A stretch of 64,000 nt of DNA, from assembly GCA_000165345.1 (NCBI GenBank), contig CM000429.1, forward strand, positions 512,001-576,000. The letters are read 5' to 3'. This document shows, in pieces, positions 43,601 to 54,700 of the stretch. The notes beneath the pieces were generated by a model, which ran no database searches, had not been told where the DNA came from, and worked only from the letters and a program-made list of their open reading frames with translations. Positions within the stretch are counted from its first letter, which is position 1, and each line of letters begins with the position of its first letter. A program made the translations under genes and the position numbers.

Positions 43601-44544
43601 ATGGGAAAATATTTCAAAGTGATAAACAAGAGTTTGAGAATCCTTTTGAGAACGATGAAAATATTGAAGTCCCAGATTCGAAAATAATAAGTTCATATGA
43701 AGCTTTTTCCGACAAAGATATTTCAAATATTACATCAGAGTTTGATCAAAATTCTTTTCAAACTAAAATAAATCTTGATTCGTTACAAAGAGAAGCTATA
43801 GAAAACAATAAATTAAGTAAAAAAAAGGTGAATTATGAGAGTAACTCAAACGTGGAAAATAAAAATCAAACAATTAAAAATGATATTTTGGACGACCTTA
43901 TGGAGATTAAAAGACAAACTTCAAATCTTAAACATCAGTTCATATTGGATCCCAAATTGTTTAGGCCTCTCTATGAAAGTAACAACCCAGATAAATGTGA
44001 TCTATCAATAAAGAAAATTGATATTGATCAAGAACTAAAAAATGTTGAGAAATATTCCTGTTTTGAGCATAGCTCAAATATAGATAGACTATCTTCGTCC
44101 GCCAATAGCAATGATTTAAACTTTAATTCAAACTTCAATTATTCAGATTATCCCAATTTCAATTTAGAAAATTCATCTCAGGAAAATTCTTTTGAAGGCG
44201 TAACTCCATACAACTCCAAGATTAATCAGCCTTATATTAATAGTTCTTCAAATAACTACTCTGATGACAAATACTTGGAAGAAATAGAAATGGACCTTAA
44301 CGAACAATTGAATAATTTCTCTAAGTATACGAATACAAATTTGTCAAATACACGCCCAAGCGAAAGTAATACAGACAGAAGTATTGAAATTCTCAAACAC
44401 CAGGAAATTCCAATAGAAAACGTTATTCGAGAAGTTGGATGCTGCCATATTAAGTATATTATGCCATTTCCAAAAGATCTAAAACCAAAGATATTTAAAG
44501 GAACTAGCAACTTTCAGTTTCCCTATTTAAGGTCATTATATTAA
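40648..44544 (+). CDS. kinesin-like protein with a degenerate motor domain, plus a long low-complexity/coiled-coil tail
   Basis: The N-terminal ~330 aa follow the kinesin motor layout. VRTFIRFCP corresponds to IRVxCRxRP. FKEDACNSEIYRKTMLQQHAVDVLDGISTNIIVCGPHKTGKTNLLIG corresponds to F..D..Q.EVY......V..VL.GYN.TIFAYGQTGSGKTYTMxG. GIVLQSIYDIF corresponds to GIIPRA...LF. FVVKASVLEIGEDS corresponds to F.V.VSYLEIYNE. LFGLLDLAFEIRK corresponds to L.LVDLAGSER. The P-loop keeps GKT (GPHKTGKT), but switch II reads DLAFE and so lacks the DxxG glycine. The tail contains a 3x KAIEAS[QK] repeat and N/S-rich tracts. Confidence 0.55.
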   Translation: MEGGVINLKKERSSVRTFIRFCPSKKTIIEDSKECQWVFSTGDHGKSIRASRKSSISKTRSCTVTDEIFKEDACNSEIYRKTMLQQHAVDVLDGISTNIIVCGPHKTGKTNLLIGSQRSIGIVLQSIYDIFAAIRCYTNGIHINEKGVNTETTGNFDRLFVVKASVLEIGEDSSNFKLDNVRDLINPENPLQLIKKLGGELGYSIKGEHEHLFENEEKLVASILSAVARKKVLDAIRRERVNTRKKKKTPEQIQNTIFGEFGERWVKDDMIGSLLITISVESVDKSELENNISKNEKIANSTHVNYGTLRFFEISSCISASPNLKAVIPLFGLLDLAFEIRKYCYTNEKSNRINITNISSYIASTIIDSNLTIIGTLSRFPSEKKCCIRPLIAPYDNQTTVQPHSIFDTLQFLEYIGNSMKFPIYPQRNCFKKPFVQSKLMEVCRKNLMNGSKKIHSKMIIKSERGIWQSESSGRVTRIIRLLTFINRSIEGSGILRILMSGNEDDIIRIYCENIIGSGVIDLDGYQINNSTGKWFQIDNYKLPEKEKEQRKKLEYMNQIEQKYGLKDKNIKKETLLIDKKVKFDCEKKNEKEIEDHIKKMKNLDFTIERPKFEDNNFKEISENKAPNKFGNNIKFDEVLLSSSTNERIESSESDVDITNIFDSTALERNKDKLDNEDFNVNLCEQFDKSNKSKKKIFISENVGNSNNYLNVDEYVGESNNFNDQISEGIGPDSNLFDPVKQYEKLLKKTISLNKLQKSIMESQKKVLQDESLYANSNANSMNDYISKLEGKKPSNRLSLVNKKAIEASQKAIEASKKAIEASKHLYEREVNHSRGKIHDHIPASKNFPQIDIYAPSYDSDIEYDKFHNPKDIVFDFKSSNESDEDHKERVLESHYKSNFPHNNESCPCCDQLSKRSKCRCHYADASVNFNGISETSVNTDKSLFLYYEPGAGKNELIKPNGRSWDIFVNVPKKFANVTTLGFENGKIFQSDKQEFENPFENDENIEVPDSKIISSYEAFSDKDISNITSEFDQNSFQTKINLDSLQREAIENNKLSKKKVNYESNSNVENKNQTIKNDILDDLMEIKRQTSNLKHQFILDPKLFRPLYESNNPDKCDLSIKKIDIDQELKNVEKYSCFEHSSNIDRLSSSANSNDLNFNSNFNYSDYPNFNLENSSQENSFEGVTPYNSKINQPYINSSSNNYSDDKYLEEIEMDLNEQLNNFSKYTNTNLSNTRPSESNTDRSIEILKHQEIPIENVIREVGCCHIKYIMPFPKDLKPKIFKGTSNFQFPYLRSLY
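43057..43119 (+). repeat. 3 x 21-bp in-frame tandem repeat (aaagctattgaRgctagYMaa) encoding KAIEAS[QK]
   Basis: Units at 43057-77, 43078-98 and 43099-119. Units 2 and 3 are identical; unit 1 differs at 3 positions. Confidence 0.85.
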
Positions 44545-44747
44545 TAGGATTTCAAATAAATAAATTTAAGTAAATGTGACTAGTATTTTATGATTGTTAA
44601 GTAATTCATTATTTAATTTAAATTGCATTTGCATGTCCACTGAATTAGTCACGTAATGTCTCCGACCAGGTTATATTTATTGATCAATAAAAAAACTGAA
44701 ATAAAAGTTTAAAGAAAGATTAGTTGATGAATTAACTTTTAGGAATT

Positions 44748-47700
44748 ATGCACTCTGTGTGTAGCAACAATGATGACGATAAAAGCGACATATTTTCTGG
44801 TTCAGATTCACATAAATTTGTACCACTGAATCCCAATTTCGCAAAAGAGATCAATGCCTCAATCCCAATGGGAGTATATGGTGGAATTCAAAAAAATGAA
44901 GAACCTTACTTAAACTCCATGAAAAATTCAAGCCTAATGGTTATGGAATTGATTCCTACTCAACAAATTGTCAAGTGCGAGACTCATACTTTACAAAATC
45001 AAGATTTAAATTTTGCTCAGTTAAATAGGGAAGACCTCGTACACAAAGGCAGTTATGATTCATATTCATTTGAAACTATAAAAAATCATTACTTTGATTG
45101 TAGGTATTTACCTAATGAATACACTGATGATAATCTGTTTTTGAAGGATTCTTTTTCTACAAAAAAACAAGGGGAAATTACAATCAAGCAACTAATTAAA
45201 CAAGCATCTGGAATAATCACTGAAGAAGTTGCGAACAACTGTAGAGCAACAGGCATTGGATTAAAACAGGCTGTTTCTGGCGAAATTACTCAAGTGATGA
45301 TTTATACATACTCTGAAAATAACCAGAGAATAACTTATGGCGGATATAATTTCAGGATTTTATTAACGCCTTACAAACTGGACAGTCTAAATAGCCAAGA
45401 TCAAGTTCCATTCATTTCTTTGGAGTTGCTTGATATGAATGAAGTATTTGAGGGAAGTGTAATAGATAATCACGATGGTACCTATACAGCATCTTACATT
45501 TGTAAAAAAGCAGTTCCTCACAAATTAGAAATTGTAGAAAGTAAGAATAAGATTAAAATAGGAGAATCTCCATTTGTGATTCAAGTCACCCCTGGAAAAT
45601 CATATCCGGAATTGTGTTGGGCTGAAGGCGAAGGATTGAAATATTATAATATAGATGAGACAATATCTACTTTCAAAATATATTCTGTAGATAGAATGGG
45701 GAATAAAACGAAAAGAGGAGGCGATAAATATGAGGTATTTGGCGTTGGGGGAATTAAAATTCAACAAATATTAGATTTGAAAAATGGAGAATATGAAGTA
45801 TATTACAAAGTACATAAATGTAACTTAGATGATTATAAGGAAATTAATATTAAATTATTTGGGCAATTTATCAAAACTCCTGCATTTTATCCAGTATCTA
45901 AAGTCTTATTAGATGAAAAAACAATAAATACAAATTATGAGATTGATCAAAATAACTTGTTAAATAAAACTATTTTGAAGTTCGATAATTTGTCCATTGA
46001 TATTAAACCAGCTTACACACTTTCAATGGTATTCAAACACTTTAATGAGATGAAGAAGATGGGGAATGAGATTGACATTTCGATACCCAACTTGGCCCCA
46101 TTTCCAGAAGAAAAAGAAAGCAAAACCAATAGAGAAATAATTAAGAGGCTTGGAATTTTAAATAGTTCAAATAACTTCGAAGTAAATGATGACATGATTT
46201 TAAATGATAAAATTAGAGCTAGTATATTGGATGATTATAAAAATAATATTTTGAAAAATATCACAAATAAGCTGATTAAGAATGAGGAGATTTTGAATGA
46301 TCTGTCTAAAGCTATTATTCTGCATTGCGAAACAGGTAAAAAGCATGATAGAAAACTTGCTAAAGATGAAAAAAAACTAGAGTCTGAATTGGATGAAATA
46401 ACAGATTGCCAACAGAGAATGTTTGCGACGTATTCTTGTTTACAACAAGGTGGTATTGATAGTTTGCCAGTTTCATTTGAATTGGAAGACCCTGGAAAAG
46501 TGAAGTCCCGTCAGACTAAAGATAGAAAATTCTACATAGATACATATAATTTACTAGAAAAGAAGTTTGAAGAAATTAATTTAAGAAAGGAATTATTTGA
46601 GAAAAAAAGGGATGAATACACACAGAAATTACATCGAACGTTGGCAACAAGACAGAAGTCTATAATAAAAACTCAAAGGAGCTATAACAGAATATTGGAT
46701 GAGTTGGACAAAGTTTATTCGCAATTATCAAAAAAACAAACTAGAAGACAAGATTTATACAAAAATTTGAAATCAGATTCACTTAAAGTATATGAAGGAC
46801 TAGAGAATCAAAAAGTATTGGATTTCCATTTAAAGAAAAATACAGTAATAACAATGAATAGTGAAAGACACGAAGTTGATAAGCTTGCAAACCATGATGA
46901 CAATAATAATAATAATAAAAGGATTACCGGGAGGGATAGAAAATATAACAATTACTCTTGCTTAGTCCCCACAGATCCTGAAAGCCCTGCGTTTTGGTTT
47001 GCAGAAGCATCATATCTTAGAGATGAAAAGGAAAAAATCAATCAGTACAAAAAACATGATGATGATTTTAATATAAATAATCTATTAAGTGATAATCCAC
47101 AAAAAATTAAAAGGTGGGATTTAGATGAGGACAGTAGATGGATAAGCTGTCCTTCAAGCGTTTCAATAACATTTTCAACAATGAAAACACCGGAAATACA
47201 ACCTATAAAGCAAAAAGGAATGTTCAAAAATGATATTTATACTGAAAACTTTAATAAAATTAAAAATGAAATTTTATCAGGCGAGAAAAAAGATCCTATG
47301 CTACCTGAAAATATGAATGATGAAGAAATTAATGTTATTATTCAAAAAGATAAGGAAAGAAAGAAGCTATTCAGTAAAATGATAAATACTAAAAAAAGTA
47401 ACGCTTTGGATGATAATTCCAGTCAATGGGTTAATGAACCACCAAGTCCAAGAAAAATTAAATCATTTTATAATAAATATTTGGATTATTACAACGAAAA
47501 ATTATTTAATGTAATTAAAGAAGAATCTAATAATGAAGAATTGAAATATGAAACAGATATAGGCCATGATTACATAGATATTAATTTATTAAATAAAGAT
47601 GTTAAATTAATACCCAAATTATTTTGGGATAAAGATTTTATACTTAAATTAAATGCTGGAGCAACACAGAAAGAAGATTTTGACAAGATAAAGAATGTTT

Positions 47701-48314
47701 GGGAAGATCAGCTAAAAGCAGGCCGTGAAATGAAGAAAAGTATCGAAGCAGAAAAATTAAAGCTGATGAAGTTACTTCCAAAAGATGATTTTAATATTAA
47801 TCATTTAGATGTTATGGAATACCATGACGAAAATAACCTGGTTAACAATATTAAAGATAGTAATATAGTGAAAACTGACTGGAGGCAAATTAATCATACA
47901 TTTAAAAGCGATCCTAGGGATGTTCCATGGGAATTTTTGGATGAGATTTCTAAATTGGACACTATGCCAAGCCAAGAGTTGAATAAGGAAGATTTACAAA
48001 AATATATTGTAGAATCACTGGTATTGAATGGTAAAGGTTTATCTAATATAAAAAATCAAATTAAGGAGAGCTTAATTCAAGAAGAAAAAAGTATTAGGGA
48101 GGCACAAAGTAATAAAATGCCCAACAAAGAATTGGAAAATATTAATAATGAGCAAAAACAAAAATTGGAAGCAAGTAAAAGTAACATTAAAATGTTTGAT
48201 AAATCGAAGAAACTCAAGGCAAATACATTGAATCGTGAAAAAACAAAATTGCTAATAAGTAGAAAAAATTTTGATACGAGGAGAGAGCAGTTCGAGCATG
48301 ACAACATTAAATAA
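44748..48314 (+). CDS. filamin-repeat (IG-FLMN) domain protein with a long charged coiled-coil C-terminal region
   Basis: Residues ~150-380 contain at least two filamin-type repeats: GIGLKQAVSGEITQVMIYTYSENNQRITYGG...DNHDGTYTASYICKKAVPHKLEIVESKNKIKIGESPFVIQVTPG, then ...GEGLKYYNIDETISTFKIYSVDRMGNKTKRGGDKYEVFGVGG...NGEYEVYYKV. The match is to the filamin consensus DNGDGTY.V.Y.P.E.G.H.V.V.....HI.GSPF.V.V. The remainder is K/E/N-rich. Confidence 0.6.
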   Translation: MHSVCSNNDDDKSDIFSGSDSHKFVPLNPNFAKEINASIPMGVYGGIQKNEEPYLNSMKNSSLMVMELIPTQQIVKCETHTLQNQDLNFAQLNREDLVHKGSYDSYSFETIKNHYFDCRYLPNEYTDDNLFLKDSFSTKKQGEITIKQLIKQASGIITEEVANNCRATGIGLKQAVSGEITQVMIYTYSENNQRITYGGYNFRILLTPYKLDSLNSQDQVPFISLELLDMNEVFEGSVIDNHDGTYTASYICKKAVPHKLEIVESKNKIKIGESPFVIQVTPGKSYPELCWAEGEGLKYYNIDETISTFKIYSVDRMGNKTKRGGDKYEVFGVGGIKIQQILDLKNGEYEVYYKVHKCNLDDYKEINIKLFGQFIKTPAFYPVSKVLLDEKTINTNYEIDQNNLLNKTILKFDNLSIDIKPAYTLSMVFKHFNEMKKMGNEIDISIPNLAPFPEEKESKTNREIIKRLGILNSSNNFEVNDDMILNDKIRASILDDYKNNILKNITNKLIKNEEILNDLSKAIILHCETGKKHDRKLAKDEKKLESELDEITDCQQRMFATYSCLQQGGIDSLPVSFELEDPGKVKSRQTKDRKFYIDTYNLLEKKFEEINLRKELFEKKRDEYTQKLHRTLATRQKSIIKTQRSYNRILDELDKVYSQLSKKQTRRQDLYKNLKSDSLKVYEGLENQKVLDFHLKKNTVITMNSERHEVDKLANHDDNNNNNKRITGRDRKYNNYSCLVPTDPESPAFWFAEASYLRDEKEKINQYKKHDDDFNINNLLSDNPQKIKRWDLDEDSRWISCPSSVSITFSTMKTPEIQPIKQKGMFKNDIYTENFNKIKNEILSGEKKDPMLPENMNDEEINVIIQKDKERKKLFSKMINTKKSNALDDNSSQWVNEPPSPRKIKSFYNKYLDYYNEKLFNVIKEESNNEELKYETDIGHDYIDINLLNKDVKLIPKLFWDKDFILKLNAGATQKEDFDKIKNVWEDQLKAGREMKKSIEAEKLKLMKLLPKDDFNINHLDVMEYHDENNLVNNIKDSNIVKTDWRQINHTFKSDPRDVPWEFLDEISKLDTMPSQELNKEDLQKYIVESLVLNGKGLSNIKNQIKESLIQEEKSIREAQSNKMPNKELENINNEQKQKLEASKSNIKMFDKSKKLKANTLNREKTKLLISRKNFDTRREQFEHDNIK

Positions 48315-48447
48315 TTTTTCTTTTTCTTTTTTTAAATTAATAATAATTTATTTAGATATATATATTCGAGCTATAAATTATTCTGATTAATTAAACAAAT
48401 ATATTATTACAAATAGTTATAATTTAGTCGTTTTTTTTTTTTGAAAA

Positions 48448-48984
48448 ATGTGTTGTTCTAGTAAACAAAATGCAATTAGATTGATTAAAGATACCCATGG
48501 AGTACATAGTGCAATTATTCAAGATCCAACTAAAGACGATTTAAATCAAATAAATAATAAAAGCTTGCTTTCAATTGCAATGCAAATGACATTCCATCAA
48601 AGCTTTGAATCAGTTATTTTGTTTGAATCATGGAGAACATCTAATAGATTTGATTATTTCATTTCATGTTTATTCATAATTTTAATGGGGTGTTTTACAA
48701 TGTTCATCTCTTCCATAAACAAAAAATACATTAAAGAGATAAAAAAAAACAGAGTAGAACACGAAAATTTAGGTATAAAAGTTATATGTACGAATGTATT
48801 ATTAACTATTTTGTACTACTTTATGCATTATCTATTAATGCTAATTGCTATGACATTTAATTGGGGATTATTCTTTTCCGTTATTATCGGTCTTTCGATA
48901 GGCTATGGAATATTTGAACTAGGCTCAATAACAAAAAATGAATGTAGCTGCAATAATGACTGCGATTTACCGTCATGTTGTTGA
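48448..48984 (+). CDS. Ctr-family copper transporter
   Basis: 178 aa with three TM helices. TM2 carries the MxxxM motif (YLLMLIAMTF) and TM3 the GxxxG motif (IGLSIGYGIF); both are Ctr hallmarks. Cys-rich C-terminus (CSCNNDCDLPSCC). ATG start. Confidence 0.6.
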   Translation: MCCSSKQNAIRLIKDTHGVHSAIIQDPTKDDLNQINNKSLLSIAMQMTFHQSFESVILFESWRTSNRFDYFISCLFIILMGCFTMFISSINKKYIKEIKKNRVEHENLGIKVICTNVLLTILYYFMHYLLMLIAMTFNWGLFFSVIIGLSIGYGIFELGSITKNECSCNNDCDLPSCC

Positions 48985-49197
48985 TCACTTGGAATGTTTT
49001 TAGTGATGAGTATTCATAGGCGCTATATTAAGTTGTGTAATAATTTTTCTAGACTAATTGAATCAAAAAATTTTAATTAATCTGAAAATTAAATATTTGT
49101 AAAGTTGATAATTGTTTTTGACTTTATTTTTTCTCATTATTGCAATAATTATATATTTGTTCAATAACAATATATTGTTTTTTGGCTAGTTTTATAG

Positions 49198-50127
49198 ATG
49201 AGCAGACTTCAGCACGAAACAGATGGGGGAAATGAAAGAACAAATAAATCATTGCAATATGAAAACTTTTCTTTAGAATCCCAAAGTATATTTCAAAGAG
49301 AAAGTTTTGATGGTTTCAGAGCTGAAATAGCTAAGTCTGTCACCTCAAATTTACAAACTTCTTATTCATTATTTTTAGGCACTTCAAATATTAAAGGCTA
49401 TTCTTATCAACTTGGACCTTCGTATCAAAGCTCATCAAAAAATACACTCATTTTAGCTAGAGTTAATGATGAAGGGACAGTCAGCGGTCGTTTTTCTCGT
49501 TGCTTTGGAAATAATATTGAGGGTAGAATTTCAATAAATTCGAGCTTGTCAGACGAAAATAAGAACATGAGTGAAGTTTCTATCGATTATAATGGTGAAG
49601 AGAGTAGCTATTCATTAAAAGTTGCATATCAAGGAATATTTTTGCTAAATGGACTATTTTCTCAATTGATCACAAATAAACTGCAATTGGGTGGTGAACT
49701 AACATGGATTGCAGCCAATAATACATCAATAATGTCTTTGGGGTCGCGATATTGCCACGGAAAAAATATTTTTTTTAACCAAATTACAAGGCAACCGGAT
49801 TTCACGAGCCCAGGACGAATTTTCGCAAATATTCACTCACTCAGATCATCTTTCTATAGGAAATTAAGTGATAGGTTATCTTTAGCGAGCGAATTAGAAG
49901 TATCAATACCTAATTTTGAGTCGACATTGCGCTTTGGGTATGAGTACTTATTCAAAACAGCGAGAATTCAAGGGATGATAGATACTTGCGGAAAAATATC
50001 ACTGCAGTGTTTAGATAACAAAGGATTTGGGATTTCTGCTGCAATAGACTACTTAAGAAATGACTACAAGTTTGGATTTATGATGCAATTTTTTCCAAAT
50101 GAAAAAGATGATAAATTAGATGATTAA
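49198..50127 (+). CDS. mitochondrial outer-membrane beta-barrel protein of the porin-3 superfamily (Tom40/VDAC-like)
   Basis: 309 aa with alternating hydrophobic/polar beta-strand periodicity throughout (SYSLKVAYQGIFLL, LQLGGELTWIAANN, ISLQCLDNKGFGISAAIDYL, KFGFMMQFF). No TM helices. The size and the terminal [KR]FGF[GM] strands fit Tom40/VDAC. Deciding Tom40 versus VDAC needs a profile search. Confidence 0.45.
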   Translation: MSRLQHETDGGNERTNKSLQYENFSLESQSIFQRESFDGFRAEIAKSVTSNLQTSYSLFLGTSNIKGYSYQLGPSYQSSSKNTLILARVNDEGTVSGRFSRCFGNNIEGRISINSSLSDENKNMSEVSIDYNGEESSYSLKVAYQGIFLLNGLFSQLITNKLQLGGELTWIAANNTSIMSLGSRYCHGKNIFFNQITRQPDFTSPGRIFANIHSLRSSFYRKLSDRLSLASELEVSIPNFESTLRFGYEYLFKTARIQGMIDTCGKISLQCLDNKGFGISAAIDYLRNDYKFGFMMQFFPNEKDDKLDD

Positions 50128-51743
50128 TGAAAGAATTAGTTTTAATTCACATTTTTTTCTTTTTTTTTTTTAAGCGATGTTAAAATATATTAAGTCAGTT
50201 TGATTCAATGAACTTGGACTTACCTAAAAGTGGTAAGCTAATATTTGAAACAACAATAAGAGAAATTGATATTGAATCATGGTGTAAAGAATGCCAAATT
50301 GTTAAAAGAAGATTTCTTGAATTGCGTGAAAGTAGTTTTTTTTTGATTGGAATTCAATTAAGAAGATATTTAAGGGTCAGTTCATTGTTTTGGGAAAGTT
50401 AGAAATTGATTTTAAATATAAACATGGACTAGAATATTGCTCCAGACTAAAATTTAAATACTGTCAAGTGTTGGAGTTATTTAATGAAGATAATTATGCA
50501 AGTAGTATTGAATTTTAAAACCATATATGTATTACATTGAATAAAATTGAAAATAATCCATATATAACTTAACGGATATGCAAGATGTTGAAATTGATGA
50601 GCATTTATTTTCAAAAATACCAATTAAATAATAAAGACAATTATATTTGTGAATCTTTTTTCAGGTGTAAAATGTTTGATAATAGACTCCAAGGATCATC
50701 AAAATTAACAATACTTTGATCTTTTTCCGATTCTAACAAAAATAAGAAGATAGACAACCGAAATTTATTGCCATTCTATCGAGATGAAAGTGCTAAACCC
50801 AATTTGAAATTAACTTATTAAATTCTGATAAAAAATCATTAAAAATCAAATTAATTTGAATAAAAACAATGGCAAGAATATCTCTCAAAAAAAACTTAAG
50901 AATAGCACTTATATGATCTAATTACAAACGGTGAGGAGTTGCCACTTCAGCATGAGATTAAATTACCTAAAATTAACAAAGGCGTTCAAACAAGAATGAA
51001 TAATAGACACCGGAGACATTGAAAGAGTTAATTAGAAGGCTAAAGACTTCTTTAAGATCAGATGGTAAAGAATTATATAGCATAACTAGTGGTTTTTGAA
51101 TCAATTTGATTAATGTATACAAACATTCGAAAACACAGTAAATCTAGATATTAGTAATTCAATGCAAATTAATTACCATTCTATATGAAGCACTTCAGAA
51201 TAATAGAGATAATATTTATAATTTGTTTTTAATAGATATTTACTGTTATAGGTGTTGGCCATTTTACCAATCAATATTTTAAGGAACTTGAGAATTTATA
51301 CGCGGGAGACATACAACAATTTTCCCCACGCCGCCTAATGGCTGCATACATGCATTACTGGAAATTCTGTCTAATGAAACGAGAAAAAATTGTTAATATA
51401 AAATTAACAAAACGTGCTCGCTTGCACAGGATTTATATTCAATTTAGTAAGTATAAGTTGTTTGTTTTGGAAGAATTTTTCTTTATAGATTATACAATTA
51501 TTCGGAATTATAGGCGGGTAAAAAGCGAGTCTGAGAATTTGTGAATTTGTGTACGGTTAATCACTGGAGAATAAATCATAATGTACTTAAGCTAGCAAAA
51601 TTTTTCAACTTCGGGTTCATTAAAACTTTGTTTAAGCGTGCGGACTAGTGAATATTAATTAAAACATATTTACTGTACAACTTTTTCCTAAATCTATATA
51701 ATGCAAACAAAAAAAAAATTAGAGAATTTCAGAATACAATAAG

Positions 51744-54700
51744 ATGGTAATTCAAAAGTTTGTGGATGTCGCAATGTTCCCCGGAACATACTCCTCATAT
51801 GATATCACTTCTTATCCAGAAACAATTTTAATACCTGGGCCAATAGATGCGGACAAAAAAATACCATGTTTTTTTTTTGCTCCGAGATCAAATTCAAAAA
51901 TTTTGGTTATTTATGCGCATGCAAATGGAGTAGATATTGGTGAGATACACAGCAGATTACATTATGTAAGTGAGAGATTAAAAGTAAACATGTTGCTTTT
52001 TGATTATCCAGGATATGGAAAATATGAGGGTAGGTCTGATGAGTCAAGCGTTGACCAGTGTATGAATATACTTTTAAATTTCGCAACACAAGAATTAAAT
52101 TGGCCTATAGAAAATATAATTTTATGGGGATGCTCAATTGGAACTGGACCAAGTACACGCCAGGCAAAAATTTTGAATGAACGAAAAAAGAAACTGGGAG
52201 GACTAGTTTTGCAATGCCCATATAAAAGCATTAAGCACGCAGCAGAGAGCTTAGCAGGGAAAATAGGCCGGTTTTTAATTTCACAAAGATGGAACATTCA
52301 ATCTGAAATAATGGACTGTTCCTGCCCAGTTTTGTGGATTCATGGGAAGAAGGATTCGTTATTCAATTGGCATGGTAGCCTTGAGATGTACAATAATTAC
52401 CACATTCATTTAAGAAGTTGCCATTTCCCAAAAGATGCAAATCATCACTATTTCGATATAGAGGTTGATATAATTCAACCAATTCAGAAATTTATTAATA
52501 AATTTGTATTGCCGAATACTCTCCCAATATTTGATCATGGTTCCATTAGAAATGGAAAGAAAGTTAAGTTAAATATTAATAAGGTATATAGTAGTAAATT
52601 GAACCCATTTAGACCAACTATTTTAGATGTTTATCTTACTAGAAATACAAATGTTAAAGTGTCCAAAGACAATTGTTTGCCAGGAGAAAAAAAATCTAAC
52701 GATACTTCTAACAACAATATTGATGATGAAGGCAATCATATTAGAATTATTGGGCCAAAAGATATAAAATCAATTCTACCGTTTTGGGGAAATAACAAGA
52801 AAGATACAAGCTCTACTATTCATAGCCAGAAAAATATGATTTATTTGGAGGGCGATTTTGCACCTAAATATATTTGGCTAAATGGTGAGGCAGGGGAATA
52901 TATCAAGCATTCACAAGAAAATATCTCTAAAACGAATTCTTCTTCAAGTATTTACCTTTCATCATCAGGGGAAGATGAATTTGAAAATAATAGTGATTAT
53001 GACAATGGATTTTATAGTGATGCCGACTCAAATCAAAGCGATGATTATTCTAACGAAGAATTCAAATGCTACAATAAATTAGTTAATTCAAACATAATCA
53101 GTTCAAATAATATATTTCATAAAAATATTAAACAATGCATTTCTTACAACAATATCAATACAAATGTCTATTCAATTTATAATAATGCATTTGAAAAAAG
53201 CCATAAGCTCAATTTTAGGAAAAGAAATGTTATTTTGAACAACCCAAGTGTATTTAGAATGGAATGTAGGAATCGAATGGAGAGGCTAAATTTCAGATCT
53301 TTCATAAAAAATGAAGAGTTGCTTTTAAATTTCTGGCCAATTACGAATCTTTATTGCTATTTATTTGATCAATATTATCAATTTTTCCAAATAATACTGC
53401 AAAAACTTAAACAAGGTGAATTTTCATTCATAAAAAATGGTAATGATACGTTTTTATCAGTCATTATGTGGGTTAGAAGGCTTTATTATTTATATACTCC
53501 AACATTATTTATGAATTCTATCTATTTATATGATCCTGACTCTGATAAATGGGTTTTAGAAGGTATTACAATAGGTAATATTTATATTCAACTAAAAAAT
53601 ATTGATGGAGTATGTGGCAGGCTGGCAGTAAGATTATTGGATAATTATCCTATATCTAACAGTTTTCCTCCACCTTATTACATAATTGTACCAATTTATG
53701 TGCCCCCAAAGCCATTTTTCCAACCAATTGCTGAATGGATTGTTAGAAATATTTATAGGTTTCACGTATATAATCTAATTAAATTGAATAAATCAACTAA
53801 ATATAGAGAGTTACTCATTTCTCAAAAATACACGAATATAGACTTTTTTAATGACCCAATGAATCAATTGGAAACGAAGTGCCTTTTAGAAGAGCTCTCG
53901 TTTTCAAGTTTACAACATTTTCTTTTGTCAAATACAAGGCCAAAGATTGAGAAGCTTGCATTAATCACAGGTTTTGGGAACTGGATTCCCTTTGGATGGT
54001 GCGAATTCTTCGTTAAGCTATTCGAAACAAATTCAAAACACTATCTTCAGAGGTTATTTTTGAACCACGAAAAGGTAAATATCAATAGTAATGACTTCAT
54101 CAATTTATTGGTTCCATTTTATTTGCCAAGTTTCGTAAATTTAGAAATTATGTTTAGAATAATTAAAACAAAGATAAAGACGAGAGATGAATGGATTGAT
54201 AGCATGAAAACTAATTCAAAAAATGAATTTCAGGAAAATCAAATTAACAGTTTAATTCATCCAGATATATGTAACAACATTTTTAGTAATTTAATGATTG
54301 TGATAAATTCATCAATAAAAATAACAGATGGTTTAAAAATTCGTAGTGATACGAAAAACAAACATTTAGATTTTCAAACAAATACGCAAAACAGCTTTTT
54401 ATTACAAAGCAACCAATTAAATTGGGAAGAAATATTAAGGGATTTTGATTCATTTTCTAATTTTATGTCTCAAATTAATTTCATAACTCCTGATCTTTTC
54501 TTGCCTGGTATCAGCCAGACTTTCAGAGGGAGACAACGCACTGAAAATCAAAAACCAAGTCATGAAAAAACAAATGAATTAATACATTCGACTTCTGATA
54601 ATGTTTTAGAGACAATTCCAATCTTTGGAAACATGGGATTTGATCAAATTAACCAATCTGCTGATACGGATGAGTTTAATTACGAGGAAATACCGGAAGT

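Noticed and set aside
51395-51440. U6 snRNA-like start (gtgctcgcttgcacagga)
   Set aside because: Only the first ~15 nt resemble the U6 5' stem-loop (GTGCTCGCTTCGGCAGCACA). The downstream sequence lacks the invariant ACAGAGA and AGC boxes, so this is not U6.
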